DNA from: Gemmatimonadales bacterium
Lineage (GTDB): Bacteria > Gemmatimonadota > Gemmatimonadetes > Gemmatimonadales > GWC2-71-9
NCBI GenBank assembly: GCA_044869265.1
Contig: JBIOXD010000008.1
Location: 7,081-71,080 of the forward strand
Direction: 5' to 3'
Length of the DNA: 64,000 bases
Below the pieces are notes generated by a model. The model was not told the origin of the DNA. It saw only the letters and a list, made by a program, of their open reading frames with translations, and ran no database searches. The stretch's first letter is position 1. Every line of letters starts with the position of its first letter. The translations under genes were made by a program, and so were the position numbers. Below, piece by piece: positions 19,181-28,128 of this stretch.

Positions 19181-19690
19181 TTAGTTGCCCTGCTGCGGCT
19201 GCGGCACCGAGGCGCGCCGGCCGGCAAGCTGCGCTGCCCCGCCGACCAGACCGACCGCGAGTGCGCCGATCGCCCACGCACCGCCCGAATCCTCAAGGCC
19301 GAGCACAGCATCCAGCGAGATCGGACCTGGTCCCGTGAGTACGATGCTCAGGGCGACGACCGCCAGGATGAGGAGGTACTCGTACCCCTGCATGTGATTG
19401 AAAAACCCGTTCTTGAGATGGACGCTCACGATCGCGACGAGCATCACCGAAACGATCAGGACCGCCGCGAGCGGAGTCGCCAGGCCGAGCGCCAGCAGCA
19501 GCCCGCCGCCGAGCTCTGCCAAGCCCGCAAATAGCGCGTTGCGGCGGCCGGGGAAGAAGCCGAGCTGCTCCAGGAACCCGCCGGTTCCGTTGAGCCCGTA
19601 GCCGCCGAACCAGCCGAACAGCTTCTGCGCGCCATGCGCCGCGAGCGTCAGCCCGACGACGAGGCGCAGCATGAAGAGACCAAGTGCCAT
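19181..19690 (-). CDS. DoxX-family membrane protein
   Basis: LRLVVGLTLAAHGAQKLFGWFGGYGL and four TM helices, typical of DoxX. Divergent from an HxlR regulator. Confidence 0.85.
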   Translation of the reverse strand: MALGLFMLRLVVGLTLAAHGAQKLFGWFGGYGLNGTGGFLEQLGFFPGRRNALFAGLAELGGGLLLALGLATPLAAVLIVSVMLVAIVSVHLKNGFFNHMQGYEYLLILAVVALSIVLTGPGPISLDAVLGLEDSGGAWAIGALAVGLVGGAAQLAGRRASVPQPQQGN

Positions 19691-19807
19691 ACTGATACCT
19701 CAAAGCTTTCTGTTCGAGTGCAACTATCTAACGGAAAGCATGAGTCCCATGTTCCTGCTAATTGTCAAGTAGCTTTCCTTTGGGAAGTAACTCAACCAGA
19801 TTGGCCC

Positions 19808-20146
19808 ATGCGGAAATCGGTCGACTCCCAGTGCCAGACGTTCCAAACGGCAATCGACGTCCTGAGCGGCCGGTGGAACGCGTTGATCCTCAACGTCCTG
19901 CAGGAGGGGTCGCTGCGGTTCAGCGAACTGTCCGAGCGCGCCAAGGGGCCGGGGGATAAGGTGCTCTCCGCCCGGCTCAAGGAGCTCGAGGCTCGCGGAC
20001 TGCTGCTGCGGCAGGTGGACGCCGGTCCGCCCGTGCGTGTGAGCTACGAGCTGACACGGACCGGGCACGCGTTCGGCAAGCTGGCCCAGGCCATCGAGCG
20101 CTGGGGCCGCGAGCTGGTGCAGGGAGAGCGACCAACCCGGCGTTAG
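19808..20146 (+). CDS. HxlR-family transcriptional regulator
   Basis: ATG at 19808. CQTFQTAIDVLSGRWNALILNVLQEGSLRFSELSERAKGPGDKVLSARLKELEARGLL is the HxlR wHTH signature. Confidence 0.88.
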   Translation: MRKSVDSQCQTFQTAIDVLSGRWNALILNVLQEGSLRFSELSERAKGPGDKVLSARLKELEARGLLLRQVDAGPPVRVSYELTRTGHAFGKLAQAIERWGRELVQGERPTRR

Positions 20147-20172
20147 CCGGTCACCATTCTTTCGTTTGGAGC

Positions 20173-21219
20173 GTGATTGATGTGCAGGTTGGAATCGATA
20201 GTTTCGCGGCTGCCTACCTCGAGGAGAGCCGTGCGGTAAGTCCGGCGGATCGGGTGCGCGAGCTCGTCGAGCAGATCGTGCAGGCCGATCACGTGGGACT
20301 CGACGTCTTCGGCATCGGCGAGCACCACCGCAAAGAGTATCTCGATTCAGCGCCGGCCATGATTCTCGCGGCGGCGGCGGCGCGCACCAGGAGGATCCGT
20401 TTGACCAGCGCCGTCACCGTGCTCAGCGCGGCAGATCCGGTGCGCGTGTTCCAACAATTCGCCACCCTGAACTTGCTCTCGCAGGGGCGAGCCGAGATGG
20501 TCGTGGGCCGCGGGTCCTCGATCGAAGCTTTTCCGTTGTTCGGCTTCCGACTCGAGGACTACGACGCGCTGTTCGCCGAGAAGCTGGATCTCTTGCTGAG
20601 AATCCGGGACGCCGAGCACGTCCATTGGTCCGGAACGTTCCGACCGGCCCTGAGCGGCCAAGGCGTCTACCCCAGGCCGGTACAGAATCCGCTGCCGATT
20701 TGGGTCGGGGTCGGGGGAACGCCACAGTCGTTTGCCCGGGCCGGCGTGCTAGGACTGCCGCTGATGGTCGCGATCATCGGCGGCGATCCGGCGCGGTTCC
20801 GGCCGCTCGTCGACCTGTATCGCGAGAGTGGGATCCGGGCGGGTCATGCGCCCGAACAGCTCAGCGTCGGCGTTCATGCACTGGGTTATGTGGCCGAATC
20901 GAGCGACGCGGCGGCCGAGGACTTCTTTCCCGGCTATGCCGCGGCTATCGCCAGCGTAGCGAAGGAGCGGGGCTGGGCCCCGATGTCGCGTGCCGCGTTC
21001 GACGCGCAGCGCGGCCCTACCGGTGCGCTGCTGGTCGGCAGTCCCGAGGATGTCGTGGAGAAGGTTGGGCGCTACGACGACGTGCTGGGCGGGATCTCGC
21101 GGATCACGTTTCAGATGAACGTGACATCCCTGCCGCACGCCAAGCTCATGCGCGCCATCGACGTACTCGGCGCAAAGGTCGCGCCCGCAGTGCGGGAGGC
21201 GTCTCACGTCGCGCACTGA
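20173..21219 (+). CDS. LLM-class (luciferase-like) flavin-dependent oxidoreductase
   Basis: GLDVFGIGEHH, RIRLTSAVTVLS and GRAEMVVGRGS motifs characteristic of luciferase-like monooxygenases. Confidence 0.8.
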   Translation: MIDVQVGIDSFAAAYLEESRAVSPADRVRELVEQIVQADHVGLDVFGIGEHHRKEYLDSAPAMILAAAAARTRRIRLTSAVTVLSAADPVRVFQQFATLNLLSQGRAEMVVGRGSSIEAFPLFGFRLEDYDALFAEKLDLLLRIRDAEHVHWSGTFRPALSGQGVYPRPVQNPLPIWVGVGGTPQSFARAGVLGLPLMVAIIGGDPARFRPLVDLYRESGIRAGHAPEQLSVGVHALGYVAESSDAAAEDFFPGYAAAIASVAKERGWAPMSRAAFDAQRGPTGALLVGSPEDVVEKVGRYDDVLGGISRITFQMNVTSLPHAKLMRAIDVLGAKVAPAVREASHVAH

Positions 21220-21244
21220 CGTCGAGCGTCGAGCGGCAGAGTCC

Positions 21245-21835
21245 TTGGCCCGCCGTGATAAGGTGATGGGCGGACTTCTGAAAAGGACCGCCCGGTTCCA
21301 CTTGCCGCGGCCGTCCTCCGGTCACTTTGCTGCGCTCGCCGAGAGCATCCTCCATCAGCAGCTGGCAGGCGCCGCGGCGCGTGCGATCCACGGACGATTT
21401 GTCGCGTTGTTCGACGGAGATCACTCGCCCGAGGCCGTTCTGGCTGTCCGGCCCAGAAGGCTGCGAGCCGCGGGGCTCTCGGGCAGCAAGGTCGCCGCCA
21501 TCCGAGATCTCGCGGCGAAGGTCGTGGACGGAACGGTCCCGCTCCGCGGCATCGGCAGGCTCGGCGACGAGGACGTCATCTCTCGCCTTTCGGTCGTGCG
21601 TGGCATCGGACGGTGGACCGCTGAGATGTTCTTGATCTTCCAGTTGCGCCGGCTCGACGTGTGGCCAGTCGGAGACTACGGGGTTCGCACCGGTTACGCG
21701 CTCGCCTACGGTCTGCGCACGCTCCCGACACCGAAGCAGCTCGAGGCGGAGGGCGAACGGTTCCGCCCCTACCGAACGGTGGCCGCCTGGTATTGCTGGG
21801 AAGCCGTCCACGAGCGGCGTAAAGCGCGGCAGTGA
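21245..21835 (+). CDS. DNA-3-methyladenine glycosylase II family (AlkA-like, HhH-GPD)
   Basis: SILHQQLAGAAARAIHGRF, AAGLSGSKVAAIRDLA, VRGIGRWTAEMFLIFQLRRLDVWPVGDYGVR (HhH plus the catalytic Asp context). Confidence 0.85.
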   Translation: MARRDKVMGGLLKRTARFHLPRPSSGHFAALAESILHQQLAGAAARAIHGRFVALFDGDHSPEAVLAVRPRRLRAAGLSGSKVAAIRDLAAKVVDGTVPLRGIGRLGDEDVISRLSVVRGIGRWTAEMFLIFQLRRLDVWPVGDYGVRTGYALAYGLRTLPTPKQLEAEGERFRPYRTVAAWYCWEAVHERRKARQ

Positions 21836-21897
21836 GAGTCCCGATTGGTTGAAGAGCCAGGCTCACAGCCCGTTCGGCTGTGAGCCCGCCCCGTCTG

Positions 21898-22539
21898 CTA
21901 TCTGCGCCCCACAGGCGAGGAAAGCGCCGTGAGTACTCCCCGCGCCCTCTCAATGACCGACCCCATGACGTCCACCGCGGCAGGCACGTCTCGCACCATA
22001 CCGACTCCCTGACCGGCGTACATCGGATAGTGTTCGGCGTCCCCCTGCTGAGCGGCGGCCATGGTCACGTCGCGGCCGAGGTCCTGCTGCAGCAGCGAGA
22101 GCACCGGCGCCCCGCTTGCTCGGTATTCCTCCGTGTACGACGTGCGGAGCACGCGGGCCCATAGGCCTGTGAACGCGTCCGTCACCGTTGTGGCATCGCT
22201 GTCCCGCTGGATCAGGGCCCGCTTGTAGAACTCGGGCGCGGCCGATTCCCGCGTCGCGATGAAGCGGGTGCCCATGAGGACGCCGCTCGCACCCAGCGCG
22301 AGCGCCGCTGCGAGTCCACGCCCGTCCGTCACGCCACCAGCGGCAACGACCGGGACGCGCACCGCATCGACGACCTGGGGGACGAGCGCCAGAGTACCGA
22401 TCGTGGCCATCTCGGGAGAGGAGCGCTTGACCCATGTCGAGCGGTGCCCACCAGCCTCGCCGCCCTGTGCCACGATCACGTCGACCCCCAGGCTGGCTAC
22501 CTCTCGCGCATCGGGCACGGTCGCGATCATGGAGATCAC
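21898..22539 (-). CDS. nitronate monooxygenase (NMO/2-nitropropane dioxygenase) C-terminal half; the gene is split by a frameshift
   Basis: VDVIVAQGGEAGGHRS and VPVVAAGGVTDGRG are the FMN-binding NMO motifs. It starts at a GTG overlapping the stop of the N-terminal piece. Confidence 0.7.
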   Translation of the reverse strand: MISMIATVPDAREVASLGVDVIVAQGGEAGGHRSTWVKRSSPEMATIGTLALVPQVVDAVRVPVVAAGGVTDGRGLAAALALGASGVLMGTRFIATRESAAPEFYKRALIQRDSDATTVTDAFTGLWARVLRTSYTEEYRASGAPVLSLLQQDLGRDVTMAAAQQGDAEHYPMYAGQGVGMVRDVPAAVDVMGSVIERARGVLTALSSPVGRR

Positions 22540-23153
22540 CTTACGCCCTGGGCGTGGCAGCGCGCTACCATCTCGGCCGTCGGCTTCCCGACGCCGACGC
22601 TGAACACCGGCACCCGTTCTGCTACGATGACGTCGAACGCGGCGTCGGTGATCGCCGGCAGCCTCGGTGGGCGCCCGAGTGTGGTCGGGATCCCCAGGCG
22701 TTCGCGAAACCGGTTCAGCACCGTCTGAATGCTCCGCAGGGTTTGCTCGGGGACCTCATCGGGGTCCATCGGATGCCACACCGATGGATGCAGGATCAGA
22801 TTCACTCCGAACGGCCGGTCGCTGAGCTCCCGGATTCGCCCGATCTGGCGGCGGAGCTCATCCGGCGGCAGTCCCGTCCCAGCGAGGATTCCGAGCCCGC
22901 CCGCGCGCCCGACTTCCGCGATCAACTCGGGTGTCACGACCCTCGCCATCGGCGCCTGTAGCACGGGAAACCGAATCCCGAGGAGGTCGCACAACGCAGT
23001 GTGGAGCGGGTCGTCCGCCGGCTCGCCGGCCTGTCTTGCAGCTGCGTGGTGCGTCACAGGCCGCCGCTCACTCCCCAGCACACCCAGTGTCGACGCGGCG
23101 CCGAACCGCAGCAGATCGCGGCGGCTGACGGATGGGTCGCAGTTGTGGAGCAT
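22536..23153 (-). CDS. nitronate monooxygenase N-terminal half with Tat-like signal (split gene)
   Basis: SRRDLLRFGAASTLGVLG twin-arginine-like N-terminus, then LGIRFPVLQAPMARV and GGLGILAG NMO motifs. It ends ...CHAQGVR*, where homologues continue into the next piece. Confidence 0.7.
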   Translation of the reverse strand: MLHNCDPSVSRRDLLRFGAASTLGVLGSERRPVTHHAAARQAGEPADDPLHTALCDLLGIRFPVLQAPMARVVTPELIAEVGRAGGLGILAGTGLPPDELRRQIGRIRELSDRPFGVNLILHPSVWHPMDPDEVPEQTLRSIQTVLNRFRERLGIPTTLGRPPRLPAITDAAFDVIVAERVPVFSVGVGKPTAEMVARCHAQGVR

Positions 23154-23333
23154 TACCTTCTCCTCCTCGTGGCTGGAGTTCGTGCTCGGGCACTGCCCAT
23201 GGCCTGCATGGCGGAGCCGCCAAGGTGAAGAGAAGGCGGCTCGCAGACGAGTTCAAGGGGTCGCCGTCGTGTGGGGTTCGCTGCGAAGCGGAGCCGAGAG
23301 AGCGATAGCCCACCGAGTCGCCAGCGGCGGTGC

Positions 23334-24209
23334 TTAGATCGGCGCCACCTGCAAGCCCACGCGAATGGCTTCCTCAACATCCGGGTTTTCCCGGCCGCTA
23401 AGGAAGTAGAGGAAGTCCAGAATGACCCGCGCGCGACCGGAGCCCGTGTGGTGCAGCTTCACGAAGGTGGTGTTCCCCTGAGTACCGTCGCGATTCATGT
23501 GCAGAAACAGCACATTCGAGTAGCGCGCGCGCAGATCGCGATACAGGTCCGGCAGGTGTCGAGTCGTCACCGCATCCACGTAGCGCTGTCCTGCCTTATG
23601 AAACGGCGCGTACACGCCGTTCACCGCTGTCACCGCCCGAATCACTTCGCCCAAAGACCAATCGGCGAAGCGACTGTCCCTCCGGATCTCGCAGAGTTCG
23701 CGGCGGTCCACGCAAAAGGTCCAGAAGGAAAGATTGCTCGGCAACTCTGAAACACTCATGTGCAGGAAGTCCGGGTGCACTCCATAGGCCAAGACTTCCT
23801 CGCCGCGATCGTTGGAGAACAGGGAGCGCGCCCCAAGCAGCTTGCGGACCAGCAGCGTGCAGGCTCTTCCCCATCCACCGACGCCATGCCGTGCCTGGTT
23901 GGCGCGCGTGAAGTTCTCGATGGCCGTCGGCGTCAGCGTGAGCATGCCTCGCTGCCAAGCGACGTAGTACAGAACGCCATAGGAGCTCGAGCTCACGGAA
24001 TGCAGCCGTCGGAGCTGAAGCAGGCGCGTGGGTCCGAGGAGCGCGAGCGCCACGAAGTGCGAGGCAAGGCCAGGGCCCGGACCGTCGATGATCAGCGCGC
24101 TGTCGGCGAGATCCGCCTGCTCGAGAAAACCCGCTAACCGATGTCGCAACTCGCGGACCTGTGGTTCCGGGAATCCCGACCGGCGCAGTGCGTTCGGTAC
24201 GAGGATCAT
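23334..24209 (-). CDS. hypothetical protein (291 aa); possible degenerate patatin-like fold
   Basis: Long ORF with coding-like GC3. IIDGPGPGLASHFVALALL and SVSSSSYGVL sit where patatin GGGxxG and GxSxG would, but neither motif is canonical. Confidence 0.5.
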   Translation of the reverse strand: MILVPNALRRSGFPEPQVRELRHRLAGFLEQADLADSALIIDGPGPGLASHFVALALLGPTRLLQLRRLHSVSSSSYGVLYYVAWQRGMLTLTPTAIENFTRANQARHGVGGWGRACTLLVRKLLGARSLFSNDRGEEVLAYGVHPDFLHMSVSELPSNLSFWTFCVDRRELCEIRRDSRFADWSLGEVIRAVTAVNGVYAPFHKAGQRYVDAVTTRHLPDLYRDLRARYSNVLFLHMNRDGTQGNTTFVKLHHTGSGRARVILDFLYFLSGRENPDVEEAIRVGLQVAPI

Positions 24210-24326
24210 CTGGCGAGCGCCCGTTGTGCCTAGGCAAGAAGGAAACAGGAGCGCATGGAGTTACCTAGGACCACTCGTTCCGTCGCGCGAGTGGGTCAGA
24301 TTGACTTGTGACAAACCACAGATCGG

Positions 24327-24581
24327 CTACCGGCGCTCGGGCAGGCTGGTGGTCGCTGGCGGCGCTGAGAGTTGTTTGGTCAGATCCTCCTGTGTTTTGA
24401 CCAGTCGGCTCATCTGACTTGCCGTGTAATCCGCGATCTGCTCAAGGCTAGCCAGTCGTTCAGGAAGCTGGGCGGGATCAGGTAACGTTGCTTCCAGCCG
24501 TCGCAGCTTGGTGCGCGTGCGCCACCATGCAATGCCAAACACCACCGTCCCAATAACCCCGACTTTCGCGGCTCCCAACAA
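24327..24581 (-). CDS. small membrane-anchored coiled-coil protein (84 aa)
   Basis: One N-terminal TM (VGVIGTVVFGIAWW) followed by a charged helical tail. No family recognised. Confidence 0.4.
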   Translation of the reverse strand: MLGAAKVGVIGTVVFGIAWWRTRTKLRRLEATLPDPAQLPERLASLEQIADYTASQMSRLVKTQEDLTKQLSAPPATTSLPERR

Positions 24582-24688
24582 CAGGCCAAGCGCAAACCCG
24601 CTGAGTGTCGGGTCTATAGGTTACGAAGATAGCTCGATGCGGTGGGTTCGTTTAGCCATTACACACGCGGGCAGCGCTTCGGTCGCGG

Positions 24689-24934
24689 TCAGGCATGCTC
24701 GGTGCCCGGCACGGACCCCAGGACGTGCCGAGCCATCGCGCCGCCCTGCAGGACCACGGCCGCGTGCAGGATGATGGGCCAGAGGTGCCAGCCGGTTCCA
24801 ACGTAGAGAATCCCCATCACCAGCCCCGTCACGCCGGTCCTGATCATCCCGGCCGGGCCCTGATAGAGGTGCAGGACTCCAAACATCAGCGCCCCGACGA
24901 ACACCGCCGTGCCTTCCCAACCGACAGCCCTCCC
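24689..24934 (-). pseudogene. CPBP (CAAX/Abi) intramembrane protease, C-terminal remnant only
   Basis: ALMFGVLHL (FxxxH motif) and WPIILHAAVV (HxxxN/D-type motif) are present, but the EExxxR half is missing. The frame is closed by a TAA at 24935-24937, and upstream is the padR promoter region. Confidence 0.55.
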
Positions 24935-25024
24935 TTAATATTGGTTACCCATAGGAGTAGGCTGCCGATAGGACCCGACGTCCGGCTGGGTTGATTCTGT
25001 GAAACTGGGCACTCGGCCCGATCG

Positions 25025-25039
25025 TATGGGAATCCCATA
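25025..25039. promoter_or_regulatory. candidate PadR operator (perfect palindrome TATGGGA-A-TCCCATA)
   Basis: A 7-1-7 inverted repeat 28 nt upstream of the padR ATG. Related CCCATAGGA / CGATAGGA boxes lie at 24948-24956 and 24966-24973. Confidence 0.35.
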
Positions 25040-25066
25040 GGACGACCCCGGGCCGAGGTACCCACC

Positions 25067-25408
25067 ATGGGCGAAAAGCTGGATGTGCAGCCGGGCACGC
25101 TGGCCTTGATGATCCTCCGGACCCTCGAGGTCCTGGGGCCCCTCCACGGGTATGGCATCGCGCGTCGTATCGAAGAGACCAGCAACAACCGCCTCGTGCT
25201 CAACTACGGCACTCTGTATCCCGCGCTCCTCAAACTGGAGCAAGAGGGGTTCGTCAAACCTGAATGGCGGCAGACCGAAAACAATCGCCGCGCGAAGTAC
25301 TATGCGCTCACGGCCGCCGGGCGGAAGCAACTGACGCGCGAAGCCCGCGCATGGCGTGAGACTGCGGACCTGATCGCAGCTTTCCTTTCGCTACGACGCG
25401 AGGCATGA
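25067..25408 (+). CDS. PadR-family transcriptional regulator
   Basis: LALMILRTLEVLGPLHGYGIARRIEE...YGTLYPALLKLEQEGFV...RAKYYALTAAGRKQL is the canonical PadR wHTH. Confidence 0.93.
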   Translation: MGEKLDVQPGTLALMILRTLEVLGPLHGYGIARRIEETSNNRLVLNYGTLYPALLKLEQEGFVKPEWRQTENNRRAKYYALTAAGRKQLTREARAWRETADLIAAFLSLRREA

Positions 25409-25411
25409 CCC

Positions 25412-28108
25412 ATGATGAGATATCTCCGCGTCCTCGTCGCGCGCATCGCCGGCGTCTTCACCGGGCACCGGGCCGACGACGACCTCCGCGACGAGCTGCA
25501 AGCCCACCTCGAGCTCGCGACCGACGACAACATCCGGCGCGGCATGCCGCCGGAGGAAGCGCGCCGGCAGGCCCTCCTGGCGTCGGGAGGTCTCTCCCAG
25601 GCGGCCGAAGCGGTCCGCGATCAGCGAGGACTGCCGTGGCTCGAAGGCGTCCTGGCCGACATCCGATATGCCTTGCGGGCGCTGCGCCGCAACCCAGGGT
25701 TCACCACGGTGGTGGTGCTCACCCTGGGGCTCGGCATCGGCGCCAACACGGCGATCTTCAGCGTGGTCCGCGGCGTCCTGCTCAGGCCGCTGCCCCACCG
25801 GGACGGCGATCGGCTGGTCTACTTGCGACACTCGATGGATGGACCAGGCGGCGCGAACCTCACCTTCTCCGTGCCCGAGGTCCGGGATCTGCGGAACGGC
25901 GCGCCGTCGTTCGCCGGGCTCGCCGAGTATTCGTCGTGGATGTCCATCCATCAGACGAACGAAGGCGCCCAACGCATCAGCGTGGGCCTGGTGACCGGCA
26001 ATTACTTCGAGGTGATGGGGCTCGCGCCCCAGCTGGGTCGGGTGACGGGGCCGGGCGACGACGGCCCCGGAGTTCCACCCGTTGCGGTGCTCACCCACCA
26101 GTACTGGCTCAAGCGCTTCGGCGGCGATTCCGCCATCGTCGGCAAGTCACTGACGCTGGACAAGAAGCCGGTGACCGTGATCGGCGTCCTTCAGCCCGCC
26201 CCCTTCTTTCCGGATCGCGTGGACGCGTTGCTGAATATGGTCAACAGCGAACACCACTTGAGCGCCACGATGGTCGAGGGTCGCACGCACCGGATGACCG
26301 AGATCGTCGCCCGGCTCGCGCCGGCCACCACGGTGGCGCAGGCCAGGGGAGAGGTGGCCGCGGCCTACGCCACGATGCTGCGCGACTTCAAGGAAGCGTA
26401 CGATCCCGGCTCCCACTATCGCGTCGCCGTCATCCCGTTCAAGGCGGTGCTGGGCGAGCGCGCGCGCCTCACCCTGTGGCTCCTCATGGGCACGGCGGGC
26501 TTCGTCTTGATCATCGCCGCCGCCAATGTTGCGAACCTGACACTCATGCGCGGGGTTCGCCGGGAGCACGAGCTGGTGACCCGCGCGGCACTCGGCGCGG
26601 GCGTGGGGCGGCTGCGGCGGCTGCTGCTGGCCGAGAATCTCGTGCTGGCGCTCCTCGGCGCGATTCTCGGCGTGATCATCGCGATCGGCGGCGCCCGACT
26701 GCTCACGGCGCTCGCCGAGCGATACTCGCCACGCGCCAGCGAGATTCGACTCGATGTGCTCGTCCTGGGGTTCACGCTGGCGCTGTCGGTCAGCGTCGCC
26801 CTGTTGCTTTCGTTGCTCGCGTCGTTGCCCAAGGAAGGCGCGTTCGGCCAGCGGATTGCCGCGGGCGCGTGGCGGATGAGTGGGAGCCTCAAGAAGCAGC
26901 GTCTGCAGCGCGGCCTGGTGATTGCGCAGATCGCCGTGTCCGTCGTGCTCCTCGCCGGCGCGGGTTTGCTCACCCGCACCATGATCCGGCTCTCGCAGGT
27001 GGAGACCGGTCTCAGCACCGAGGAAGTGCTGACGATGGAGGTGTCGCTGCTCACTCCGACCGAGCTGCTGTTCAACCCCGCCGCCGACGCCTGGGCCAAG
27101 CAGCGCTACGACGAGATGCGACGCGAGGTGGCCGCGCTCCCTGGAGTGACCCAGGCCGGCGTCGGCTCGGCCCTGCCGCTGCGGCGCTCCGAGGTGGTGT
27201 TCGACGTCAAGGCCGAAGGCAGGACGCTCGCCCCGGGCGAAGCGACGCCGCGCGCCGAGATGCGAACCGCCGACCCCGATTACTTCCGCGCGGCGGGCAT
27301 TCCCCTGCTTCAGGGGCGTCCGTTCGCGCTGACCGATGGGCCGGAGTCAGGCAAGGTGGTGATCATCAACCAGACGCTCGCCGGTCGGCTCTTCCCAGGT
27401 GAGGACCCGGTCGGACGGCGGATCGCGTGGACGGGCGAGGTCTTGAAATTCAGTCCCATCAGCAGCGAGTGGCGCACGGTCGTCGGGGTGGTTGGCAATA
27501 CGCAGGACGGCGGGCTCGACACGCAGCCCCGGCCCGTGGTCTTCATGCCCTTTGCGCAAATGCTGGCGATCGGCGGAGGGCTGGTGATCCGCGCCGACCG
27601 CGACGTCGTACGGTTGACGGCGGCGGCGACGGGCATCGTGCGGCGCATCGCGCCCACAGCCCCCATCGAGAACGTGATGACTGTGGCGCAGTACAAGGAC
27701 CGGAGCCTGTCGCCTCGTCGCCTGAACGCCGCGCTGGTCTCGTCGTTCGGCATCCTGGCGGTGATCATCGCGGCCGTTGGGATCGCCGGTGTGTTGGCGT
27801 TTTCGGTGAGCGCCCGCACCAACGAGATCGGCATCCGCATGTGCCTCGGCGCCGATCGCAACCAGGTGCAGCGAATGATCCTGAGCGAAGGTGGCGTGCT
27901 GCTGGCCATCGGCCTGGTGCTGGGTGTTGCCGGCGCCGCCTTTGTCAGCCGCGCCATTCGCGGGCTACTGTTCGGGGTCGCGCCGCACGACGCGGCCACG
28001 TTCGTGGTGGTGGTGACGATGATGGCGGCCATCGGGGTCCTGGCCTGCTGGATCCCGGCGCTGCGTGCCTCGCGCATTGACCCGGCCACGATCATGCGAT
28101 CAACGTGA
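25412..28108 (+). CDS. ADOP-family duplicated FtsX/MacB-like ABC permease
   Basis: N-terminal DELQAHLE...RRGMPPEEARRQALL..GG...IRYALRALRRNPGFT leader and two FtsX 4-TM modules separated by large extracytoplasmic domains. It starts 3 nt after padR. Confidence 0.92.
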   Translation: MMRYLRVLVARIAGVFTGHRADDDLRDELQAHLELATDDNIRRGMPPEEARRQALLASGGLSQAAEAVRDQRGLPWLEGVLADIRYALRALRRNPGFTTVVVLTLGLGIGANTAIFSVVRGVLLRPLPHRDGDRLVYLRHSMDGPGGANLTFSVPEVRDLRNGAPSFAGLAEYSSWMSIHQTNEGAQRISVGLVTGNYFEVMGLAPQLGRVTGPGDDGPGVPPVAVLTHQYWLKRFGGDSAIVGKSLTLDKKPVTVIGVLQPAPFFPDRVDALLNMVNSEHHLSATMVEGRTHRMTEIVARLAPATTVAQARGEVAAAYATMLRDFKEAYDPGSHYRVAVIPFKAVLGERARLTLWLLMGTAGFVLIIAAANVANLTLMRGVRREHELVTRAALGAGVGRLRRLLLAENLVLALLGAILGVIIAIGGARLLTALAERYSPRASEIRLDVLVLGFTLALSVSVALLLSLLASLPKEGAFGQRIAAGAWRMSGSLKKQRLQRGLVIAQIAVSVVLLAGAGLLTRTMIRLSQVETGLSTEEVLTMEVSLLTPTELLFNPAADAWAKQRYDEMRREVAALPGVTQAGVGSALPLRRSEVVFDVKAEGRTLAPGEATPRAEMRTADPDYFRAAGIPLLQGRPFALTDGPESGKVVIINQTLAGRLFPGEDPVGRRIAWTGEVLKFSPISSEWRTVVGVVGNTQDGGLDTQPRPVVFMPFAQMLAIGGGLVIRADRDVVRLTAAATGIVRRIAPTAPIENVMTVAQYKDRSLSPRRLNAALVSSFGILAVIIAAVGIAGVLAFSVSARTNEIGIRMCLGADRNQVQRMILSEGGVLLAIGLVLGVAGAAFVSRAIRGLLFGVAPHDAATFVVVVTMMAAIGVLACWIPALRASRIDPATIMRST

Positions 28109-28128
28109 TGGTTGCAACGCAGCCTTTG

